Shown piece by piece: positions 40,620 to 50,133 of a DNA stretch of 64,000 bases. This stretch comes from an uncultured Arcobacter sp. (GTDB lineage Bacteria; Campylobacterota; Campylobacteria; Campylobacterales; Arcobacteraceae): NCBI GenBank assembly GCA_965140705.1, contig OZ223300.1, positions 1,888,001 to 1,952,000 of the forward strand, given 5' to 3'. Numbering within the stretch: the stretch's first letter is position 1; each line of letters starts with the position of its first letter. The notes below the pieces were generated by a model, which did not search any database, was not told the origin of the DNA, and worked only from the letters and a program-made list of their open reading frames with translations. Both the position numbers and the translations under genes were made by a program.

Positions 40620-42350
40620 TTAGAAAGTTATGGTAAAAATAGCCCCTTTTTGTGAGTTTTTTATCTCAATTTTACCACTATTATTTTTTTCTATAATAGT
40701 TTTTGTCATATACAAACCTATACCTGTTCCACTTTTGGCTTGTTTTGTACTAAAATATGGTTCAAAAATTTTATCCAGAGGAAATACCTTTATACCGCCA
40801 GCATTATCTTCTATGCTTAAGATACTTTTTGTATCTTTTTTATATGCTAAAATCTCAATTTTAGCGTCAATTATGCCTCTTTCTATAACAATATCCTTAG
40901 CATTACTTATGATATTTAAAAGTGCTTGAGATATTTCATTGGGATAACAATAGACTTCAAAATCATCTTTTATATTAAGAATGCACTCTATTGCATTGTT
41001 TTCCAAAGAAGCACTCATAAGTTTACTAGCGCTACTTATAATCGATGAAATATTAACTGACTCTTTTTGTTTTCCTGAAGAAAAAAAGTTTCTAAAATCA
41101 TCAATAGTTTTTGACATAAATATGACTTGTTCATTTATCTCATTAACTTTATCATGAAACTTCTCTTTTGTAAGTTTATTTCGTTCGTAATGTAGTTCCA
41201 TATTTATAAGAATAGATGAGACTTCAGTCAATGGTTGTCGCCATTGATGGGCAATATTACCAATCATTTCACCCATACTAGCTAACTTACTTTGGTGGGC
41301 TATGATTCTCTCTTTTTCGTTTGCTTCTCTTTGTTTAATAAGTTTGAGTTTTATCTCTTTTTCTATTTTTATTTGAAGATTTTTATTTAGCTCTTCTAGC
41401 TTATTTTGACTTATTTTTAACTTCTCATTTGATTCATCTAACTCTTTTAAAATCTTATCAAAACCATAATTTATAACCATGATAGTTATAAGCACTAAAA
41501 TAACCATAATTATTAAACTTTGCAAAATGGCCTTTTGCAATATCTTTTTCCAATGAAGTACATCTTGCAAAAAGATTATTTTAAAATCATTTGCACTATT
41601 TATTCCTTTTCCCTTAATAGCATAGGGTAAAAATAAACCTTCACTTGTTCTAATTTCAGAATCTATTTTAATTTTATTGTTTTTAATAATCTCTGAGGTT
41701 TCAGTATCCTTATCTAACATAAAACGCATCTCTTTTTCATTAGCTTTTTGATAACTAATAAAAGCATAAATATTAATAAGTTTTCTTATCTCAGATAAAA
41801 AGTACTTTGGGTCTATCACAAAAACAACATAACCAATGATATTTGAGTTTTTATCTCTAGCTTCTGATACAGTATGATAATCAAAACTTTTATTATTAAA
41901 CCAAAAGCCATCATATGGCTTTTTTAAACTATTGGCAAAGGATAGTTTACTCTCAGGAGAAGCTCCAAAATAAGTTAATAAATTACCCTCTTTATCATAA
42001 AAACAAAAAGACTTAAGATAAGAGTTTTCTTTTTTAATAATATTCCATCTAGGTTGGCTGAGTTTATCTAAGGCTACTTTATTAGAGTTTTTAAATGCCT
42101 CTTTTATACCATAAGAATTGATATTTGCATATCCCCTATTTATATAAAATTTTTTCGTTCGATTAAGTGTTTCAGTATAGACTTGTTGTACTCTTTTGAG
42201 TTCTGCATTTTGATTAAGAAGAGCAAAATCCTTTATATCTAAGTATCGAATAAAGAAAAATATTGCTGAAAGTAATATATAAATAGCCAAAACAAGGATG
42301 ATAGTTTTTGTTTTGACAGGTAAAAACTTTAATTTACTATCATATTTCAA
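40620..42350 (-). CDS. Membrane sensor histidine kinase (periplasmic Cache-like domain)
   Basis: Two TM segments, IAHQWRQPL, GTGIGLY. Confidence 0.9.
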   Translation of the reverse strand: MKYDSKLKFLPVKTKTIILVLAIYILLSAIFFFIRYLDIKDFALLNQNAELKRVQQVYTETLNRTKKFYINRGYANINSYGIKEAFKNSNKVALDKLSQPRWNIIKKENSYLKSFCFYDKEGNLLTYFGASPESKLSFANSLKKPYDGFWFNNKSFDYHTVSEARDKNSNIIGYVVFVIDPKYFLSEIRKLINIYAFISYQKANEKEMRFMLDKDTETSEIIKNNKIKIDSEIRTSEGLFLPYAIKGKGINSANDFKIIFLQDVLHWKKILQKAILQSLIIMVILVLITIMVINYGFDKILKELDESNEKLKISQNKLEELNKNLQIKIEKEIKLKLIKQREANEKERIIAHQSKLASMGEMIGNIAHQWRQPLTEVSSILINMELHYERNKLTKEKFHDKVNEINEQVIFMSKTIDDFRNFFSSGKQKESVNISSIISSASKLMSASLENNAIECILNIKDDFEVYCYPNEISQALLNIISNAKDIVIERGIIDAKIEILAYKKDTKSILSIEDNAGGIKVFPLDKIFEPYFSTKQAKSGTGIGLYMTKTIIEKNNSGKIEIKNSQKGAIFTITF

Positions 42351-43029
42351 GCATATATCCTATTCCATAAATATTTTTTATGGATTCTTTCCCTATTTTT
42401 TTACGAAGCTCTTTGACAAGATATTTGATAGCTTCTTTACTTGGTGTTTCAAAGTCCCAAAGATAATCATAAATATCATCAAAACTAATGCTTTCATTTG
42501 CTCTTTTTATAAAATATTCTAATAACCTACTTTCACTTTTTGATAATTTTATCTCTTTTGAATTATAAAATGCACTTTTAGTACAGGGATTATAAATAGA
42601 CTCTAAACCTAATTTTATTTCCAAATTATTATCTACTAACTCTAAAGCTACTTCTTTAAAAGCATTTATAAGGGTATTTTTATCATAAGGCTTAGTAAGA
42701 TACTTTGTGATTTTTAATTCAACTGCTCTCCAAAGATAACTCTGTTCTGTATGAGCTGAAAGTATAATGATAGGAATTTTTTTATTTTTTAATCTTATTT
42801 GTTTTATTGCTTCAAGTCCATCCATATGTGGCATACAAATATCAAAGATAAGTACATCATAGCTATTTAACATCATCTCATCCATAGCACTCATACCATT
42901 TTCCACTGCAACAACTTTTTCAAAAAATAGCTCAAGTATCTCAACTACATTTTTACGTATACCATCTTCATCTTCGGCATAAAGTACTTTTTTGTCTGAG
43001 AGTATATCTAATGTGTTACAGTTTTCCAT
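42340..43029 (-). CDS. OmpR-family response regulator
   Basis: AEDE, FDICMPHMDG, KP; winged-helix LRKKIG...IYGIGY. Confidence 0.92.
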   Translation of the reverse strand: MENCNTLDILSDKKVLYAEDEDGIRKNVVEILELFFEKVVAVENGMSAMDEMMLNSYDVLIFDICMPHMDGLEAIKQIRLKNKKIPIIILSAHTEQSYLWRAVELKITKYLTKPYDKNTLINAFKEVALELVDNNLEIKLGLESIYNPCTKSAFYNSKEIKLSKSESRLLEYFIKRANESISFDDIYDYLWDFETPSKEAIKYLVKELRKKIGKESIKNIYGIGYMLEI

Positions 43030-43326
43030 CAACAATCCTAAAACTAAGTGACAGAATTATATCAAAAAATAAATAAACTCCCTTTAGATATAAAAAACCT
43101 GTTTTATGAAAGTTTTTACTAGAAATCTATCTTTTTGCTCTTTAGCCCTAGCTTTTAAAAATAATTCAGGTATACTGAATCCAATTGAAAGATGATTTCG
43201 AATTTCATCTATGGCCTGCTTTATATTGATAACCTTTCGTTGACAGTAAAATCACTCCACAAGATAGCTTCATAATTAGATTTTATATAGCACAAGTAAT
43301 ATTGTGTATCAACAAAAGGAATTACA

Positions 43327-43545
43327 ATGGCAGAATTAGTAAATGGATCAGTTAAATGGTTTAACAGTGAAAAAGGTTTTGGATTTATCGAACAAGAAAA
43401 TGGTGGAAAAGATGTATTCGTACATTATAGAAACATCAATAGTACGGGATATGGTAGAGTTTCATTAGAAGATGGTCAAAAAGTTACTTTCGAGGTTGCT
43501 CAAGGTGATAAAGGTCTTCAAGCAGAAAACGTTACTGCTCAATAA
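43327..43545 (+). CDS. cspA: Cold-shock protein
   Basis: [13 protein letters not shown]...DVFVHY...KGLQAENV. Confidence 0.93.
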   Translation: MAELVNGSVKWFNSEKGFGFIEQENGGKDVFVHYRNINSTGYGRVSLEDGQKVTFEVAQGDKGLQAENVTAQ

Positions 43546-43555
43546 TAACCTTATT

Positions 43556-43580
43556 TTATAAGCGGACTTTCCGCTTATAA
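43556..43580. terminator. Terminator hairpin after csp
   Basis: TTATAAGCGGA-CTT-TCCGCTTATAA, 11-bp stem. Confidence 0.75.
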
Positions 43581-43630
43581 CTCTTCAAATATACTTTAAA
43601 AATATCAATCTATCTTTTTACAAATACATT

Positions 43631-44716
43631 CTATTTATCAACTTTTTGTGCTAAAACCCATAATTCAACTTTTTCGTTCTCTCTTGAATCAGTACGTTGT
43701 GTTTTTTTCGATGAAGCTCTTACCTCTCTTCGTAAATGCAACTCTTTTCTAAATCGATTATTATTTCGTAACTCTTCTATTATAGGATGAGAACTTTCTG
43801 TATCAACCACTTGAGCTAAATTTGAAAATATCAGAACAATTTTTCCATCAGCCTTAAGATGCTTTTGTGCTTGTTCAAAAAATCTAGGAAATAATTCTTC
43901 TTCATAATATATAGCTTTATCAAGACCTTCTTCTAGTTTATGTTTTGCTAGTAACCAAGGAGGATTAAAAACAATCAAATCAGCCATCACATCACAATTA
44001 TCAAATAAATCACCATGATTAAGTGTAATTTTGTCTTCATAACCTAATCTTTTACTCTCTTGTTCTACTCCAATAATTGCATTTTTATTTGTATCTGTTG
44101 CAAAAATATTTTCAAAACCATTTTGAATTAATTGAAATGATAAAACACCACTTCCTATTCCTATTTCAATTACTTTTTCTTTTGAACCTTCATATTTTTT
44201 TAACCATTTATCGAATAATTTCAAATGATCAAATCTGGTTGGAAAGTATGTACCATAAAAGGGATGAAGATTTATATCTAAAGTTTTAACTTCAATTCCT
44301 TTTTCATACCATTGCCAAGAACTATTCATTCCTTGAACTTCAGGGAAAGATATATAAAATTCTGAAATTTCGGGGTACAATAATTCTAACCAACCAATAT
44401 GAGGAGCTTTTTTTACAAGAAGTTTATTATCTTTTACTTTTAATAATACTCTATGTGAAGCCTCTCTAAAAGCGCTACGATAGTCTCTTTTTCCTTGAAA
44501 ACTTTTATCTTTATATTTATGTAAAAGATTTTTTTTTAGTTCAGATAAAACTTCTAATCCATTGCTGTAATACTCTTCTACAAGAACATACTTTCCTGCA
44601 ACTAGTTCGGCAACTGTTGCCTTTGTATCCATCTTACGATAGAAATGTATAGCTTCAATTTCTGAAGTTATAATACTTGGTCTATCGGGTTTGATAGATG
44701 ATAAATCTTTATTCAT
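43631..44716 (-). CDS. SAM-dependent methyltransferase (NPPW type)
   Basis: EIGIGSGVL, GDLF, VFNPPW. Confidence 0.85.
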   Translation of the reverse strand: MNKDLSSIKPDRPSIITSEIEAIHFYRKMDTKATVAELVAGKYVLVEEYYSNGLEVLSELKKNLLHKYKDKSFQGKRDYRSAFREASHRVLLKVKDNKLLVKKAPHIGWLELLYPEISEFYISFPEVQGMNSSWQWYEKGIEVKTLDINLHPFYGTYFPTRFDHLKLFDKWLKKYEGSKEKVIEIGIGSGVLSFQLIQNGFENIFATDTNKNAIIGVEQESKRLGYEDKITLNHGDLFDNCDVMADLIVFNPPWLLAKHKLEEGLDKAIYYEEELFPRFFEQAQKHLKADGKIVLIFSNLAQVVDTESSHPIIEELRNNNRFRKELHLRREVRASSKKTQRTDSRENEKVELWVLAQKVDK

Positions 44717-44871
44717 ATGATTATGCCCTTTATATTGTGTTGCAGTTTATTATATAAAGGCTTTGTTATAGTTTGGTTTTTAAAGTAGTAATAATTTATA
44801 AAAAGAAGGAAATTTGAAAATTATAGTTTATTTTCAAAAGATTCCTTCTATTATCTAGTTTTAGTTATATT

Positions 44872-45567
44872 TTACCACTTAACAGGTTTAGCAAAACGAT
44901 CTAAATATTGAAGCCCTATTTTTCCTTCTTGATTAACAATAGTGTCAACAATATCACAGATTACTTCTTCAATAGAAAACTTCGCATCTTCTCCTCCCAT
45001 ATCTGTTTTAATCCATCCTGGGGCTAAAAGTAAAAGTGCATGTTCTTTACCTTTTCGTGCAGCAAAACTTCTCATAATCATATTTAGTCCTGCTTTACTT
45101 GCTCGATAAACGTCATTACCACCATTTTCATTATCAGAAATACTTCCTTGTCCTGAAGACATCACACCAAAAACTCCACCTTTGTGAACTTTTTCAATAA
45201 GTTGTTCAACTATTCTCATAGGAGAAAGAGTATTTGTTACCATAACTTTGACAAATTCTTCAGTTGAAACTTCACCAATTGTTTCTTTCATGCCCTTTTC
45301 ATTTACAGCACCTGCGTTAACAAAAACAAGATCTAATTCTTCTTCTCTAAAATTAGATTTAATAGCTTCTATTTGAGCAGGTATTGTTATATCAAGATAT
45401 TGTATTTGAAGTTTATCTTTCCATTTTTCAGCCAAATCATGAAGTTTTGTTCTCTTACCTTCTCGTACAGTTCCAATTACATTCCAATTTCGTTTTAATA
45501 GCTCTTCTACAATAGCAAAGCCAATTCCTCTTGAAGAACCAATTATAAGTGCAGTTTTACTTTTCAT
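44872..45567 (-). CDS. SDR-family oxidoreductase
   Basis: GSSRGIG, NAG, YRASK, PGWIKTDMGG. Confidence 0.92.
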   Translation of the reverse strand: MKSKTALIIGSSRGIGFAIVEELLKRNWNVIGTVREGKRTKLHDLAEKWKDKLQIQYLDITIPAQIEAIKSNFREEELDLVFVNAGAVNEKGMKETIGEVSTEEFVKVMVTNTLSPMRIVEQLIEKVHKGGVFGVMSSGQGSISDNENGGNDVYRASKAGLNMIMRSFAARKGKEHALLLLAPGWIKTDMGGEDAKFSIEEVICDIVDTIVNQEGKIGLQYLDRFAKPVKW

Positions 45568-45731
45568 TATCTCTTTTCTCTCTTTATAAAATATCTTATC
45601 TTTCTATTTAAATATTCTACATCTAACACCCTAAAAAAGTTTAATAAAAATTTTAAATTTTATAGATAATATATATAAATTATATATTTTATGCTATTAT
45701 TTTATTATAAAAATTATTTGGAGAAAATATA

Positions 45732-46211
45732 ATGTCAAAGCTACTTAATCAAAATGATAAAGTTGTATGTGAAAATATTGTTAAAACTAGTGATTCTATT
45801 GATGCAAAAAGAGCAAAAGCTTTATTGCTAATTGATGAAGGAAGTACTCAAGCTAAAGCAGCTGAAAGTTCGACTCTTAGTATAGGACAAGTTAAATATA
45901 TCCTTACAAAATATAAATCAATAGGTATAGCATTTTTCCCTGCTGAACTTACAGTATTAAAAGAAGAAACTGTATCTGTCGAAACTAAAGAAAATACAAA
46001 TATATCTAAGGCAATAGATAAAATTAAAGATGTAAAAGAAGTAATTGATGAAAAAAAACCTCAAGTTGAGAAAAAGATAAAAAAAGATAAAAAAATTAAG
46101 AAAGAAAAAACAGATAAAAAAATTAAGAAAGAAAATTCTAAAAAAATTAAAAAAATTAAGAAAATTAAGAAAATTTCAAAAAAGAAAGATAAAAAAAACA
46201 AGAAAAAGTAA
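45732..46211 (+). CDS. HTH protein with Lys-rich C-terminal tail
   Basis: KRAKALLLIDEG.TQAKAA....LSIGQVKYIL HTH followed by KKIKK repeats. Confidence 0.7.
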   Translation: MSKLLNQNDKVVCENIVKTSDSIDAKRAKALLLIDEGSTQAKAAESSTLSIGQVKYILTKYKSIGIAFFPAELTVLKEETVSVETKENTNISKAIDKIKDVKEVIDEKKPQVEKKIKKDKKIKKEKTDKKIKKENSKKIKKIKKIKKISKKKDKKNKKK

Positions 46212-46214
46212 TCT

Positions 46215-46248
46215 AAAAAAGGGGAGAGAATAAGTTTGCTCCCTTTTT
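46215..46248. terminator. Bidirectional terminator
   Basis: AAAAAAGGGGAG...GCTCCCTTTT between convergent genes. Confidence 0.6.
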
Positions 46249-46277
46249 ATCTCAATTAACTTATAAAAAAAAGCAGC

Positions 46278-46427
46278 TTAGTTATTTTCATCAGTAGGTG
46301 TAGAGTTATCTTCTAGAGTCTCATCAGTATTGTTTTGTGCCTCTTTTTTCTTACGTTTTTCTTCTTTCTTTTTTTGCTTTTCTAATTCTCTAGCTCGTTT
46401 TTCATAATTGTAATTTATTTTAGCCAT
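46278..46427 (-). CDS. Small 49-aa charged protein (not in ORF track)
   Basis: MAKINYNYEKRARELEKQKKKEEKRKKKEAQNNTDETLEDNSTPTDENN*, AAGGA RBS, terminator downstream. Confidence 0.75.
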   Translation of the reverse strand: MAKINYNYEKRARELEKQKKKEEKRKKKEAQNNTDETLEDNSTPTDENN

Positions 46428-46650
46428 TTAGCATCCTTTATTTATTGATTATAGACCTATCTTATCATATTATTTTGTCTATACTATTAAATATGATTAG
46501 AGATTATTTTTTCTATAGATTTCTTCTTGTTATTTTAGTTTTAAAAGAATAGGAATAATTAGATAAAGTCTAAAATAATTATCTTTTTTAAAAACTCTTT
46601 ATTTTTTTATTTTTTTATTTTTTATGTTAAAATAATAACAAAGGGTTAAA

Positions 46651-47253
46651 ATGAGAATATTTGAAATAGAAGAAAAAATGATTTGTGAATGTTCAAAAGC
46701 ACTTTTATTAGCTTTAAAACAAAAAGATGAACATACACAAATGCATTCACAAAGAGTTGTTGCTATTTCTGAAGAATTAGGTATTAAAATAGGATTAGAT
46801 AAAACTCAAATAAAAATTCTCCGTATTAGTGCAGCATTTCATGATATAGGCAAAATTGGTATCCCAGATAGAATATTATTAAAAACTACGCCTTTTGATG
46901 ATGAAGAGTGGCAAATTATGCAAAGTCATACTTTAAAAAGTGAAGAAATAGCAAAAAGCATGCATTTTGAAGATAGTGAAATAATAGCTGATGCGGTTAG
47001 ACATCACCATGAATACTATAATGGAAAAGGCTATCCTGATAAACTCAAAGGTAATGAAATATCTATATATTCACGCATACTTTCCCTTGCAGATAGTTAT
47101 GATGCAATGGCATCACCTAGACCTTATCATGATAAACGAAGTCATAATGAAATCATGTCAATTTTAGAATCAGAAAATGAAATAAAACATGATCCTAAAT
47201 TATTTAAAAAATTTAAAGTACTTATTGAAAAAAGTAAATTTAAAGTAGATTAA
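46651..47253 (+). CDS. Stand-alone HD-GYP phosphodiesterase
   Basis: HSQRV, HDIGKIGIPD, HHHEYYNGKGYP, ADSYDAM...RPY. Confidence 0.92.
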   Translation: MRIFEIEEKMICECSKALLLALKQKDEHTQMHSQRVVAISEELGIKIGLDKTQIKILRISAAFHDIGKIGIPDRILLKTTPFDDEEWQIMQSHTLKSEEIAKSMHFEDSEIIADAVRHHHEYYNGKGYPDKLKGNEISIYSRILSLADSYDAMASPRPYHDKRSHNEIMSILESENEIKHDPKLFKKFKVLIEKSKFKVD

Positions 47254-47717
47254 TTTCTTAGCGTAGCAATTAATCTATTTGAATCATTTAAAAAAGAAAA
47301 TACATCAAAAATCGATTTTACTAAAATATCAGAATTCAACAAGGTATCCGTGCACAAACCTTCATCTTGTAAAATAGCAATACCCAAAATAGATTCTTTT
47401 AACATCAACTTATCATTTCGTCCATTTCCCACACTTAAAGTAGTAGAAGAACCTAAGCTTTTAATAAAATCTAATTTACTAATATCTTGTGAAGACTTTG
47501 CTATTTTAATAACTTCACAATTTGTATTTTCAAGTTCTTTTTCCACACTTCCATAAGTATCAGCAGTAATTACATAAAAATTAAAAGATTTTGAAAGTTC
47601 ATTTATACTCTTTTCAATCCCCTCAATTAATTTACCATCAATAGCAATTGTACCATTATAATCAAATACAATATTTTGAATCTCTACTTCTTCTCTTCCT
47701 GGAATATTTACTTTCAT
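47250..47717 (-). CDS. HAD-family hydrolase (soluble P-type ATPase-like)
   Basis: DYNGT, TADT, GNGRND. Confidence 0.85.
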   Translation of the reverse strand: MKVNIPGREEVEIQNIVFDYNGTIAIDGKLIEGIEKSINELSKSFNFYVITADTYGSVEKELENTNCEVIKIAKSSQDISKLDFIKSLGSSTTLSVGNGRNDKLMLKESILGIAILQDEGLCTDTLLNSDILVKSIFDVFSFLNDSNRLIATLRN

Positions 47718-48601
47718 TTTTTATCCTTTTTACTAACTAAAATACCACCAATTACAATAAGAATAATACCTAAAAAAGTATACATATCTGGTAGTAAGTC
47801 TCCTAACAAATACCCAAACCCAATGGCAAAAGGGATATTAGTATAACTTACAACTCCAATAATGCTTGCCCTGCTAAGACTATAAGCACGGGTGAGAAAC
47901 CATTGTGAAGCAGTAGAAATTATTGCCATCAAAATTAAAAGAGCCCAAATATATAGTTCTAAATGTATTTTAAAGTGAACATAAGGAGTGAATAAAAAAA
48001 GTCCAATTGGAATAATAATACCAACTCCCATAAATGAAAGCATAATAACTCTTGCATCATAAATATCTTTTATTTTTTTAATAGTTGCATATGCTGCTGC
48101 TGCAAAAAATCCACCTAAAACTCCTAAAATATGCTCATACGATATCTCCATACCAAAAGGCTTCATAATAAATATAATTCCAATAAATCCAAGAATAAGA
48201 GCAAAAAAAGTATTAAGATTTATTTTTTCTTTCATCAAATAATAAGCCAGTATTGTCACAAAAAAAGGTGAGGTTTTATTTAAAACAACAGCTTCTCCCA
48301 AAGGAATAGTAGCAATTGTATAAAAAAACAATAGCATTGCTAAGCTTCCAAATAATCCCCTTAAAAAAAGTAAATGTAATTTTGACATATCAACTGATAC
48401 ATGAAATTTTTTTATACTAAATAAGATAATTATAACCCCTATTAAATTTCTGTAAAATACTATCTCAATAGGATCCATACTCTCAGATAAAAGCTTTGCC
48501 AAGGCTCCATTAACAGCTCCAAGTAAGGCACTTAAAAGCATAAATAAAACACCCTTGTCTATTAATTTTAGCTTTGATAAAGTTGTTTGTCTATTTGGCA
48601 T
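47714..48601 (-). CDS. DMT-family transporter
   Basis: About 10 TM segments; EIVFYR, LRG, TSPFF. Confidence 0.85.
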   Translation of the reverse strand: MPNRQTTLSKLKLIDKGVLFMLLSALLGAVNGALAKLLSESMDPIEIVFYRNLIGVIIILFSIKKFHVSVDMSKLHLLFLRGLFGSLAMLLFFYTIATIPLGEAVVLNKTSPFFVTILAYYLMKEKINLNTFFALILGFIGIIFIMKPFGMEISYEHILGVLGGFFAAAAYATIKKIKDIYDARVIMLSFMGVGIIIPIGLFLFTPYVHFKIHLELYIWALLILMAIISTASQWFLTRAYSLSRASIIGVVSYTNIPFAIGFGYLLGDLLPDMYTFLGIILIVIGGILVSKKDKK

Positions 48602-49355
48602 TTTCTAAATCCATAAACCACAACTTACAGATGTGTTTGTATATGTTGATATAAGAATGAAGTTTTTGCATATCCATTTTATTTACTTTTTTTTGATAAC
48701 TTTTCAATAGAATTTTTTCCTCTTTTTTATTTAATGTAAATTCAAAACATAAAGTCGCCAAATCAAAAAAACTATCGTTGACTCCTGAATATTCCCAATC
48801 AATAAACTTGATACAATTTTTATGAAAAATAATATTTTTAGGATTTAAATCATGGTGAGTAGTCACTAATCTCTTTTTATACTTTTTCAATACTTTTAAT
48901 TCTTTTTTACAAATACTTATACTTTTTCGTGCTTCTTTAGTATTAAGAGTTTCTTTATAATAATTCAATGGTTTTTTAAAATCATATGGATTCACATTAC
49001 TTTTTATACTATGTAGTTTTTTAACCATTTTAGCTAAATGTTTTATCTCTTGAGTAGTGATACTTTTTTTATGCTTACCTTTTAAAAATTCACACACCAT
49101 AAAGTTTTTATCTTTATCCAAAAATAGTGGTTTTGCAGCAATACCTTTTTTATATGCCTTTTTTTGAACTTCAAACTCAAACTCTCTATTAATATTGACT
49201 GTTTCATTACTTATGAACTCTCTTATAAGATAAGTTTTTTTAGATGTTTTTAACTTATAGTTTATATTACAATACCCCTGATTTTTAAGTAGTTTGAGAC
49301 TTAATAGTATCTCATCTTTAAATATTTTATACTGCTTTAACTTCTGTATAGTCAT
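48591..49355 (-). CDS. Choline/ethanolamine/thiamine kinase-like phosphotransferase
   Basis: G..N.NY, INREFE, HHDLNPKN, IDWEY, FDLA. Confidence 0.85.
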   Translation of the reverse strand: MTIQKLKQYKIFKDEILLSLKLLKNQGYCNINYKLKTSKKTYLIREFISNETVNINREFEFEVQKKAYKKGIAAKPLFLDKDKNFMVCEFLKGKHKKSITTQEIKHLAKMVKKLHSIKSNVNPYDFKKPLNYYKETLNTKEARKSISICKKELKVLKKYKKRLVTTHHDLNPKNIIFHKNCIKFIDWEYSGVNDSFFDLATLCFEFTLNKKEEKILLKSYQKKVNKMDMQKLHSYINIYKHICKLWFMDLENAK

Positions 49356-49947
49356 ACTCTTCTTTCCAATTTTTATAAGCTATAAAAGCTAATATAGTAT
49401 AAATTACAAACAATATTGCTGTTAGATTAAGACCTTTTTGAATATATATATAAATAGAAATAGCATCAATTACAATCCAATAAATCCAATTCTCTAATAC
49501 TTTTTTAGCAAGCATATAGGTTGCAAAAAGTGCAAATACAGTAGTAAAAGAATCCGTATAAGCAAAACTTGCAGTAGTATAATTTGCCATAATATATCCA
49601 ACACCTAATGAAATAAGAAAAAGAAGGCAAATAATTTTAATATTTTTATTTATACCATAAGATGTAACTTCCAACTCTTTTTCTTCAACTTTTCCACCAT
49701 ACTTCCAAGAGTACCAACCATAAATAGCCATCAGAAGATAATATACATTTAAAAAAGAGTCCATAAGTAAAGAAACATTAAAAAATAAAATAGTATAAAT
49801 CAATGTAGATATAAATGCAGCAGGCCAACACCAAAGACTTTGTCTAATAGCAAGAAGAATGTAAGCGATTGCTAAAAGCATCGCTATAGCTTCATAAGTT
49901 GTAAGTACATTAAGGGATTCAATAGTATTTTGTAAAAAATCTGAAAT
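49327..49947 (-). CDS. pnuC: PnuC-family vitamin/nucleoside transporter (probable ATT start)
   Basis: W.WP, YGWYSW, DSFTT, K.LENWIYWIVID. Frame extends 22 codons upstream of the tracked ATG to an ATT 6 nt after AAAAGGA. Confidence 0.85.
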   Translation of the reverse strand: MSDFLQNTIESLNVLTTYEAIAMLLAIAYILLAIRQSLWCWPAAFISTLIYTILFFNVSLLMDSFLNVYYLLMAIYGWYSWKYGGKVEEKELEVTSYGINKNIKIICLLFLISLGVGYIMANYTTASFAYTDSFTTVFALFATYMLAKKVLENWIYWIVIDAISIYIYIQKGLNLTAILFVIYTILAFIAYKNWKEEYDYTEVKAV

Positions 49948-50133
49948 AAAGTATCCTTTTGAAAATAAAGTAGTATTTATTGGCGAATTATAGCTTTATC
50001 TGTTTTAAATTTTATAAATTTTGTCTATTACTATGTTGTTCTAAATTTCATGAAAAGTATAAAAGAGCACTTAATAAATAATATTAATATTATTTGTTAT
50101 AATCATGTTATACTTTTATAGGTGAAATACAAC

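Noticed and set aside
44803..44850. Long imperfect hairpin (AGAAGGAA-TTTGAAAAT...ATTTTCAAA-TTCCTTCT); another at about 58083-58149
   Set aside because: Single copies directly downstream of stop codons, most simply terminator-like. No evidence for an ncRNA or MITE.
46070..46211. A-rich tandem repeats as a CRISPR or non-coding repeat array
   Set aside because: No spacers; the repeats are explained by Lys-rich coding sequence.
49948..50120. TPP or other riboswitch upstream of pnuC
   Set aside because: The promoter-like TATAAT is only about 40 nt from the start, and no aptamer consensus is visible.
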